Virus record (IMG/VR): IMGVR_UViG_3300045996_004119
Location: 32,001-96,000 of that record
DNA from: a virus
Length of the DNA: 64,000 bases
Direction: 5' to 3' (one strand)
In this document: one piece after another, positions 1 to 7,110 of the stretch
Numbering within the stretch: position 1 is the stretch's first letter
How the letters are laid out: each line of letters opens with the position of its first letter
Position numbers and translations under genes: made by a program
Notes under the pieces: model-generated
What the model saw: the letters and a program-made list of their open reading frames with translations, nothing else
Told to the model about the DNA's origin: nothing
Database searches by the model: none

Positions 1-2
1 CT

Positions 3-185
3 GGCCGCCGTCTCTTCCTCCGATGCGCCGCCACCTTCCTCGGTTGCGCCGTGGAAGCTCGTGTTGGCGGCGACCTTGCCGTGGCCTCGCGCTGGGCCGA
101 GCGCGCCGAGGCGGAGCTCGACCGCTACCGCGAACCGGCTCCCGAGCTCCAGCCGTACTTCATCGCTTCCGGAGGTGCCTCTTGA
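3..185 (+). CDS. Hypothetical protein, 5'-truncated (GRRLFLRCAATFLG...YFIASGGAS*)
   Basis: Open frame from window edge with GC-rich third positions; its TGA (183-185) overlaps the TTG of the next gene. Confidence 0.5.
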   Translation, partial: GRRLFLRCAATFLGCAVEARVGGDLAVASRWAERAEAELDRYREPAPELQPYFIASGGAS

Positions 186-799
186 GCCAACTCGGCCTCG
201 CCTTCGCTCTCGACATCTACGCGCCGGCCGAGACGCCGGCCTCCACGCCAGCCACAGGGCGCGCCGCGCGCCGCCCGGATCGGAGTTCTCAGCAGGTGCA
301 GCAACAGCAGCAACGTCAGGTGCCCGCCGTCGACTTCTCGCAGTGGCTCTCTCCGGACGAGATGGAGCGCGTCCAGGCCTACGCCGACGAGGTGATGCGC
401 CAGCTGCACGAGCGGCCGGCGTTTCGTGATGGCGACGCGAAGGAGCGCGCCCACCTGCTGCGCCGGTACGCCGCGGGGCTGCTCCTCGCCGGCGGCAAGG
501 CGCTCGCGCTGGCGGATCTGGTCGAGGCGTCTGGCGCCGTGGAGAAGGTCTCGGCCGAGCCAGCGCCGCCGAAGGAGAAGCGCGGTCCCGGGCGACCGAG
601 GAAGCCATCGAGCGCTCCGTCCGCCGACCACCCCGCCGCGGCCAAGATGCGCATGCCTCCAGCGCCTCGCCTCAGCCGGACCGTGGAGGAGAGCGAGGCG
701 CCCGCGCCGGCCGCTACGAGGAAGCCGCAGCCGACCGCCGCTCAGGTGCTCGAGATGCGCCCGGCGAAGCCGCCGCGCCGCGCTGGAGGGCAGCCGTGA
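182..799 (+). CDS. Hypothetical protein with Pro/Ala/Lys-rich C-terminus (contains an AT-hook-like RGPGRPRK)
   Basis: TTG start coupled to upstream stop; 3' part of ORF 23..799; stop overlaps next GTG. Confidence 0.6.
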   Translation: MSQLGLAFALDIYAPAETPASTPATGRAARRPDRSSQQVQQQQQRQVPAVDFSQWLSPDEMERVQAYADEVMRQLHERPAFRDGDAKERAHLLRRYAAGLLLAGGKALALADLVEASGAVEKVSAEPAPPKEKRGPGRPRKPSSAPSADHPAAAKMRMPPAPRLSRTVEESEAPAPAATRKPQPTAAQVLEMRPAKPPRRAGGQP

Positions 800-1323
800 T
801 GCTCGCCAGCCTCGACACCAGCGTCGTCATCGACGGTGAGGCGGTCATCAGGACCGCGACGCGCGTGTTCCGCGACGACCTCGCCGCCGTTGCGACCGAA
901 GCGGACCGCATCGTGGCCGAGGAGCTCTGGGCGGCCGAGGGCGCGCACATCGGCCCGGAGCTGCTCTATCGCCTGGAGCACACGGCGCTGCTCCACCTGC
1001 TCGTCGGCGCCCGGCTGCTCGCCCGCGTCGAGCGGATCGAATCAGAGGGCGCGCTCGTCGAGGATCGATCGAGCGGATGGCTGCGCCGGCGCGCCCCGCT
1101 CCGTCGCTGGCATGGGCGCCTCCGCACGCTCGGCTATGCGGATCGCCGCCAGACCGACCGGCGCGGGCTCCTCCGCGCGCGGTGCCGCTGCGCGTGCGGG
1201 GAGATCGTCGTCGTTCGGAGCACCGACCTACGCGGCGAGAAGGTGCAGAGCTGCGGGTGCCTGAGAGACGAGCTGACGGCCGAGCGGAACCGCGAGCGCG
1301 CGGAGCAGAGGAGGGCGGCTTGA
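796..1323 (+). CDS. Protein with C-terminal CxCG...SCGC zinc-binding module of the type found in phage HNH/AP2 endonucleases
   Basis: RCRCACGEIVVVRSTDLRGEKVQSCGC motif; no HNH catalytic motif seen. Confidence 0.6.
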   Translation: MMLASLDTSVVIDGEAVIRTATRVFRDDLAAVATEADRIVAEELWAAEGAHIGPELLYRLEHTALLHLLVGARLLARVERIESEGALVEDRSSGWLRRRAPLRRWHGRLRTLGYADRRQTDRRGLLRARCRCACGEIVVVRSTDLRGEKVQSCGCLRDELTAERNRERAEQRRAA

Positions 1324-2183
1324 TCACCCCCGTCGTCCAGCGCTGGCGCGAGCGCCGCGACAGCTACCGGCCCGCCGGGGAGCCGATTCGGACCTCGGAC
1401 TACGAGGTGGCCATGATGCGCAGCGACGCGGAGGCGCGCGCGTTCGTGGAAGCGCACCACTACTCGGGGTCGCTGCCCGCTGCCCGGGAGCGCATCGGAC
1501 TCTACCGCCGCGGCGAACTCGTCGGCGTCGCCGTCTTCAGCCATCCGGCGAACGATGCGGTACTGAAGCGGCTCCCGTGCGACCGGCTTGAGGGCGTCGA
1601 GCTCGGACGCTTCGTACTGCTCGACGACGTCCCGGCGAACGGGGAGAGCTGGGCTCTCGCGCGGTGCTTCGAGCTCCTCCGCCGTGAGGGATACCGCGGC
1701 GTCGTCAGCTTCTCCGACCCGATGCCGCGCACGTCAGCCGCCGGAGATGTCGTCTTCGTTGGCCATTACGGTGGAATCTACCAGTCCGCCAACGCGGTTT
1801 ATCAGGGCCGAGCGACGCCGCGCACACTCCATCTGCTCCCCGACGGTCGAGTCCTCTCCGAGAGGGCCATCTCGAAGATCCGCGCCCGTGAGCGCGGCTG
1901 GAGATACAGCGCCGCGATCCTCGAGCGGTTCGGCGCGGCTCCGCTCGTGGAAAGCGATGACTCTCGCGCCTGGCTCGCGACGTGGCTGCCGCGGCTCACC
2001 CGCAAGCAGCGCCACACCGGGAACCTAACTTATCTCTTCGGGCTCGATAGGCTGACGAAGAAGCACCTGCCGCGCTCGTTGCCGTACCCGAAGCTCGACC
2101 CGACAGCGCTGCCGGGTGTCGCCCGCCGTTCGGCTGGGTCGCCGCGTCCGTCGCAACTTCGTCTCTTCGTGGGGGTCGCATGA
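1320..2183 (+). CDS. mom: Mom-family adenine-modification protein (GNAT fold)
   Basis: TTG start overlapping upstream TGA; motifs FVEAHHYSGS, LVGVAVF, VELGRFVLLD, VVSFSDP, GHYGGIYQSANAVY match the Mom-like family. Confidence 0.8.
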   Translation: MITPVVQRWRERRDSYRPAGEPIRTSDYEVAMMRSDAEARAFVEAHHYSGSLPAARERIGLYRRGELVGVAVFSHPANDAVLKRLPCDRLEGVELGRFVLLDDVPANGESWALARCFELLRREGYRGVVSFSDPMPRTSAAGDVVFVGHYGGIYQSANAVYQGRATPRTLHLLPDGRVLSERAISKIRARERGWRYSAAILERFGAAPLVESDDSRAWLATWLPRLTRKQRHTGNLTYLFGLDRLTKKHLPRSLPYPKLDPTALPGVARRSAGSPRPSQLRLFVGVA

Positions 2184-2788
2184 GCCTGTTCGTCGTCATC
2201 GAAGCGGCCGACGGCGCGGGGAAGTCCACCCAGGCCCGCCGCCTCGTCTCGACGCTCATCGCATCCGGGCGCGCCGCTGCGCTGGAGGTCGAGCCGACCA
2301 ACGGGCCGACCGGCCGGCTCATCCGCGAGATGACTGGCGCCGGCGCTCGGCCCGATCCGAAGACGCTCGCGCTGCTCTTCGCTGCCGATCGCATGGAGCA
2401 CAGCCGCCACATCCGGGCGCTGCTCGACGCCGGGGTCATCGTGGTCTGCGACCGCTACGCGCTCTCGACCGCGATCTACCAGGGCGCCGCGTCGGGCGAT
2501 CCGGAGGCGGAGCGCTGGGCTGACCAGCTCTCAGCCTACGCGGTCCCGCCGGACCTGACGCTCGTGCTCGAGGCGCCCATCGAGGTGTGCGCCGAGCGGC
2601 TGCGCTCGCGGGGGAAGCCGGCGGACTTCTTCGAGAAGGCCGAGACGCAGCGCCGGGTGCACGAGGCGTATCGCCGCGCGGAGACCTTCCGCTGGGGCGA
2701 TACGGTGGTGCGCATCGACGCGACGGGCACAGCCGACGAGGTGGCGGCGCGGGTGATGGCGGCGGTGGAGCGGAGGCTCGCGCGATGA
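2180..2788 (+). CDS. tmk: Thymidylate (dTMP) kinase
   Basis: P-loop FVVIEAADGAGKSTQ, EP, LLFAADR, VVCDRY.LS and PDLTLVL motifs. Confidence 0.9.
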   Translation: MSLFVVIEAADGAGKSTQARRLVSTLIASGRAAALEVEPTNGPTGRLIREMTGAGARPDPKTLALLFAADRMEHSRHIRALLDAGVIVVCDRYALSTAIYQGAASGDPEAERWADQLSAYAVPPDLTLVLEAPIEVCAERLRSRGKPADFFEKAETQRRVHEAYRRAETFRWGDTVVRIDATGTADEVAARVMAAVERRLAR

Positions 2789-2889
2789 GACACCGTCGCT
2801 CGCAGAGTGGCCACCTTCTCTCATGGCGCCTCTGCTCCGCGCATGACAGAGTCCGCGCTTGTCGCGTCGCGAAGGAGCGTTGTCGATGA
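2785..2889 (+). CDS. Small hypothetical peptide (34 aa)
   Basis: ATGA overlaps at both ends fill the gap between genes. Confidence 0.35.
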   Translation: MRHRRSQSGHLLSWRLCSAHDRVRACRVAKERCR

Positions 2890-3176
2890 GCGACCACAAG
2901 CAATGGTGTCCGGCGCACCCAAGCCGACAGGACGGGCGGTGTGCCTGCGCCGACGTGGAGGACACGAGGACGCTCGACCTGTTCGCGCAGGCGTGCGCAG
3001 GCGTGGTCGAGCAACAACAGCGCGCGGTGGCTGAAGCTGCCGAAGCGCAGCGTGGACCGTGTGAGTGCCCGAAGGATTTGCCCGCGTGGGAACGATGCGG
3101 TGCGCGGTGGATCCGATGCAATGCGCGCCTCGCCTTCGAGCGGAGTCGCGCGGCCATGCCCGAGGAGCTGTCGTGA
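2886..3176 (+). CDS. Small Cys-rich hypothetical protein
   Basis: MSDHKQWCPAHP...CAC and CECP...C...C clusters; coupled starts and stops. Confidence 0.55.
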   Translation: MSDHKQWCPAHPSRQDGRCACADVEDTRTLDLFAQACAGVVEQQQRAVAEAAEAQRGPCECPKDLPAWERCGARWIRCNARLAFERSRAAMPEELS

Positions 3177-3832
3177 AGCGTGCCGCGTTCCGCCGCCGCA
3201 AGGCTGCTGCGCCCGCACCCGGCGCGCCGGTCCCCGCGAAGAAGCCGCGGAAGCCGGCCAAGCCGTTCGACGTGGCGGCCGCGCTCGCCTTCATCGATGC
3301 TCGCCTCGCCGAGCCGCCGCCGCCGGAGAAGCGGCTCAAGGCCGGCCGTGTGCGCCCCGCCGTGCAGCGCGTGGAAGGCGTGGGCTCGCTGGTGCTCCGG
3401 TGCGTCCTGCCGCTCGACGACGCCCCGACGGAGAACCGTCTGATCGAGCTCGGCCGCATCGGTCCGTGGTCGCTCGAGAGCCTGAAGAAGCGCGTCCTCA
3501 AGCGCATGCTGGCGCAGGTCGGCGCGCGCGCGGCGACTCCCCTTCCGGGCCGAGCCATGGTCCGCATGGTCCGTTTCACGCACACCGCGCAGGACTACGA
3601 CACGGGCTGGACGAAGATCCCGCTCGACCGGCTCCAGCGCGGCAGGCGCACGCGTCCACAGGAGCTCTCGCCGGAGGTGTGGGCGCGGATGGTGGAGAAG
3701 ATGGGTCCCGCCGAGCTCGGGTACATCCGAGGCGACTCGCGACATGAGATCGACCTCGCCGCATGGAGCGAGACGGTGCCGCCCGGCAAGGGCTGCGTGC
3801 TGGTCGAGGTGTGGACGGGGAGGGCGACGTGA
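3173..3832 (+). CDS. RusA-like Holliday junction resolvase fold, divergent
   Basis: DYDTGWTKIPLDRL and GYIRGDS resemble the RusA DxDN..K...D and G.I.DD motifs; PGKGCVLVEV terminal strand. Confidence 0.55.
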   Translation: MKRAAFRRRKAAAPAPGAPVPAKKPRKPAKPFDVAAALAFIDARLAEPPPPEKRLKAGRVRPAVQRVEGVGSLVLRCVLPLDDAPTENRLIELGRIGPWSLESLKKRVLKRMLAQVGARAATPLPGRAMVRMVRFTHTAQDYDTGWTKIPLDRLQRGRRTRPQELSPEVWARMVEKMGPAELGYIRGDSRHEIDLAAWSETVPPGKGCVLVEVWTGRAT

Positions 3833-4512
3833 CCGAGCCGTTCCGCGTGCTGCTCGCCGACCCGCCGTGGCTCTTCCGGGACAAGCTGCCCGGGCGCGGC
3901 CGCGGGGCCTCCAAGCACTACTCCTGCATGGGGATCGATGCGCTGAAGCGCTTCGAGCTCCCGCCGCTCGCGCCGGACTGTGTGCTCTTCCTCTGGCGCT
4001 GCTCGGCCATGCCTCAAGAGGCGCTCGACCTCATCAAGGCCTGGGGTTTCACCATCAAGAGCGAGATCGTCTGGGAGAAGTGCCGGCCGTGCGGCCCGTG
4101 CAAGGGCGCTGGCTCCAGCGTGGTGCGCGGCAAGAAGACGAAGTGCCGCGGCTGCGACGGCCTCGGGATGCGCCCGTTCTTCGGGATGGGCCGCTACGTG
4201 CGCAACAGCCACGAGACGTGCCACATTGCCGCGCGCGGGCGCCCGCAGCGTCGCAACGCCACCTCGGCGCGGAACATCCTGTCGCGGTTCAAGGCACCGA
4301 TGCCGATCGGCGCCAACGGCCGCCCGATCCACAGCGCGAAGCCCGACGCCATCCACGAACTCATCGAGCGGATGTACCCGGGCCCCTACGTGGAGCTCTT
4401 CGCCAGGAGGCACCGGCCAGGGTGGGTGTGCCTTGGGAATGAACTGCCGGAGACAAAAAGCGAGACGCCGGCGGGTGGAGCCGCCGGCGTTTCAGGTGCG
4501 GAGGTAGCGTAG
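3829..4512 (+). CDS. MT-A70 family adenine methyltransferase with inserted CxxCxGxG zinc finger
   Basis: VLLADPPW, LFLW, IVWEK, GMGRYVRNSHE, HSAKPD, YVELFARR, GW..LGNE motifs. Confidence 0.9.
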   Translation: MTEPFRVLLADPPWLFRDKLPGRGRGASKHYSCMGIDALKRFELPPLAPDCVLFLWRCSAMPQEALDLIKAWGFTIKSEIVWEKCRPCGPCKGAGSSVVRGKKTKCRGCDGLGMRPFFGMGRYVRNSHETCHIAARGRPQRRNATSARNILSRFKAPMPIGANGRPIHSAKPDAIHELIERMYPGPYVELFARRHRPGWVCLGNELPETKSETPAGGAAGVSGAEVA

Positions 4513-4514
4513 CG

Positions 4515-4844
4515 ATGAAGGTCTTACAGCCCAGGCCCGAACCAGTCAAGGCGCTCCGTCGGCGCATCGCCGAGATGCAGGAGCGCGGCATCCTGGAACT
4601 GGCGAAAGAGGTCTGCTCGCGCGAGGGCGCGCTGGTCGAGGAGCTTTTCGGCGAGAGCCGATCGCTGCCGCACCGACGCGCGAGGCAATTTGTCTGGTGG
4701 GAGCTCAAGGATCGCGGCTGGACGTACGCCGAGATCGCAAAGCTCTTCCAGCGCGACGTGGAGAGCGTGCGCGCCGCGATCAAGCGCGCTGCGAGCAACC
4801 TCGGGCTGGTCAGCGGCGCCGGAGCGGACAGGAGGGCGGCGTAG
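4515..4844 (+). CDS. Stand-alone HTH protein resembling DnaA domain IV
   Basis: ARQFVWWELKDRGWTYAEIAKLFQRDVESVRAAIKR resembles the RQiamyL...S..eIg..F.RDHtTV signature. Confidence 0.65.
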   Translation: MKVLQPRPEPVKALRRRIAEMQERGILELAKEVCSREGALVEELFGESRSLPHRRARQFVWWELKDRGWTYAEIAKLFQRDVESVRAAIKRAASNLGLVSGAGADRRAA

Positions 4845-5054
4845 ATGGCGACGGCTCCGAGGAAGCGGCCACGGGCCGACCAGAAGCAAGGTGCATCGTC
4901 AGAAGATGCGAGCGGTTCGGCGCCTGCGCCGTTGCAACGCGCGACCAGGATGGGCCCGGGAGACGCACCGAAGCACATCGGCGAGGTGCTCGCCGAGGTG
5001 ATGGGCAGGCTGGTCCTGGAGTCGGCGGCGCGCCGCGGGAGGGACGGGCGATGA
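4845..5054 (+). CDS. Small hypothetical protein
   Basis: 69-aa ORF filling the gap; stop overlaps next ATG. Confidence 0.5.
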   Translation: MATAPRKRPRADQKQGASSEDASGSAPAPLQRATRMGPGDAPKHIGEVLAEVMGRLVLESAARRGRDGR

Positions 5055-5740
5055 GCGAGGTGAAGCAGCGCGTGCCCACATCCGACAAGGCGTTGCAGGG
5101 CGTACTGGAGCTGTACATGTCAGCGCGCCCTGACTTCGCCCGCGCCTTCGCCAGATGCGAGTCGCCGATCGAGCAGTTGTTTCTCGTCGCCGTGGCTCGG
5201 CTGGCCCTCAAGCACGGGTCCGACGGAGCTTATTTCGGTGATGCCGCCGCCGATGTGGCGATGTTTCGTAGCTCGTACGGCGAGGACGGGATCTGCGACG
5301 ACGACATCGTGCTGCTTCATCAGTCGACGTGGACGATGGTTCTGCAGCAGCCGAGCATCGAAGTGGAAGAAGGCACAATTCGTCCGGATTTCGCCGTCAT
5401 CAGCATCGACGCGGTCGATGGCGTCCACGTGATCACCGGCAAGACAGCCGTTGAACTCGACGGCCACGAGTGGCACGAGCGGACGAAGGAGCAGGCGCGC
5501 TCCGACCGGCAACGCGATAGGCGACTGCTGCGCGCTGGCTGGCACGTGGCCCGGTTCACGGGCTCGGAGATCCACGAAGACGTGGACGCGTGCCTTCTTG
5601 AAACCCTCGGAGCGGCGAACGCAGCGGCCGGATTCGTCTACTCGGCCGCGATGGAGATGGTCGAGGCCAGGGAGGCGAAGGATGGCGCCGGCAAGCAGGC
5701 CATGGCGCTCCCAGACCATCAGTCCACCGGAGGGACGTGA
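5051..5740 (+). CDS. DUF559/Vsr-like PD-(D/E)XK endonuclease
   Basis: CESPIE, RPDF, AVELDGHEWH, DRQRDRRL..AGWHVARFTGSEI motifs. Confidence 0.85.
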   Translation: MSEVKQRVPTSDKALQGVLELYMSARPDFARAFARCESPIEQLFLVAVARLALKHGSDGAYFGDAAADVAMFRSSYGEDGICDDDIVLLHQSTWTMVLQQPSIEVEEGTIRPDFAVISIDAVDGVHVITGKTAVELDGHEWHERTKEQARSDRQRDRRLLRAGWHVARFTGSEIHEDVDACLLETLGAANAAAGFVYSAAMEMVEAREAKDGAGKQAMALPDHQSTGGT

Positions 5741-7110
5741 TGCGGTGGGAGCACGCTCAGTGGAGGAAGCTCTACGTTCGAGAGGAGGGCTCCTTCGCAA
5801 TGCTCCCTCTCTACGTGCGGGCCCTTGCTGCGGAGCTCATGAAGTTCTGCGACGACCAGGGGCGCATCTTCGTCGGCGGACGAGCCCCGTGGGACGCGAT
5901 CGCGCGCATCGCGCGCGCTGACATGGGCGAGCGGCGTCTGCTCAAGCAGCACATCCCCATGCTCATCGCCGACGGCTACCTCGTGCAGGACGGGCAGCAC
6001 CTCATCATCAAGAACCTCGAGCGCGCGCAGGAGCGGCGCAGGCCAGGCTCCTCCGGCCCGGGTCGCAACGAGACCGGCACGACCGAGGAACGAACCGACG
6101 ACGACCTCGACACGAGCCTCGAACGAATCCGGAACGAACCGACGACGACCTCGACACGAGCCTCGAACGAATCCGGAACGAGAAGTGAGACAAGTGCGCG
6201 AAATGATTCAACCGCGACCCTCGCGTACGCGGGCGCGCGCTCAGTACAGAATAGAGAAGATCCGAGTAGATCCGAGGATCTTTCTTCATCATGGGCCGCG
6301 CCCGACGGCGGCGATCCGGAATTCGCCGAGCATCCCGCTGGGCGCGACCGTCCCCTGCCGCCTGCTTACCTCGAGCCCCAAGCCGAGCCGGAACAGCCGC
6401 GTGGAGGCAGCGGTCCATCCGGCGGGGAGCTCGCGCCGACCAACGGTCCTGCGGCTGCCCCAGGCCCCGACCTCCTGACGATGGCCACGTGGCTGGCCGA
6501 GTCGGGAAGCGGCTTCGGGCGCAAGATGGTCGACTGGGCCGCGGAACAACGGTCGTATTCGCCGTCGCAGAAGGAGAAGATCAGGGCGCTGTACGCCGAG
6601 CGCGTCGAGGCTCAGGCGAACGCGGAGCGCGCCAAGGCGGCCAAGGCCGAGCTAGACGCCGCGCCGGCCACCTCAAGGTCCCCAGCTGACGCAGCGAAAG
6701 CCGAGACCGACGCCATGGCGCTCTGGTGCGAGTTCTGGGGGAAGCGCCACGGGGGCGAGGCGTACCCGGTGACGGATCGCGACCGGGGCGCAATGCGCAA
6801 GCTCATGGCGCGCGCTCAGGCCAGGGCCAAGGAGGTCGGCTGCGAGCGCTTCCGCGAGGTGCTGGGCCACTACCTGTCCCGCTACCTCGCCATCGACGAC
6901 CGGAAGCTCGTCGCCGAGCGCTACCCGCTGCACCTGCTGGAGAGTCGAATGTCAGCGATCGGCGACTATCAGGCGGCCAAGGCGCGAGCACCTCGTCGCG
7001 CCCATGAGCCCGAGCCAGAGGGCACGCCGGCGCCGCCTGAGGCCATCGCTGCGCTGGCCAACATCCGGTTCGCTGCGCCGGTCGCGCGGCAGGCAGGAGG
7101 CGCGTCGTGA
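5737..7110 (+). CDS. Putative replication initiator/replisome organiser (lambda O-like position)
   Basis: Directly upstream of dnaB; folded N-terminal domain, low-complexity middle carrying DNA repeats, helical C-terminal domain. Confidence 0.65.
   Translation: MMRWEHAQWRKLYVREEGSFAMLPLYVRALAAELMKFCDDQGRIFVGGRAPWDAIARIARADMGERRLLKQHIPMLIADGYLVQDGQHLIIKNLERAQERRRPGSSGPGRNETGTTEERTDDDLDTSLERIRNEPTTTSTRASNESGTRSETSARNDSTATLAYAGARSVQNREDPSRSEDLSSSWAAPDGGDPEFAEHPAGRDRPLPPAYLEPQAEPEQPRGGSGPSGGELAPTNGPAAAPGPDLLTMATWLAESGSGFGRKMVDWAAEQRSYSPSQKEKIRALYAERVEAQANAERAKAAKAELDAAPATSRSPADAAKAETDAMALWCEFWGKRHGGEAYPVTDRDRGAMRKLMARAQARAKEVGCERFREVLGHYLSRYLAIDDRKLVAERYPLHLLESRMSAIGDYQAAKARAPRRAHEPEPEGTPAPPEAIAALANIRFAAPVARQAGGAS
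6087..6181. repeat. Exact 44-bp tandem repeat (2 copies plus 7 bp), candidate origin iterons
   Basis: GGAACGAACCGACGACGACCTCGACACGAGCCTCGAACGAATCC at 6087-6130 and 6131-6174, then GGAACGA. Confidence 0.9.

Noticed and set aside
23-181. N-terminal part of ORF 23..799
   Set aside because: Arg-rich junk overlapping a better frame-3 gene that ends at 185; TTG 182 is the coupled start
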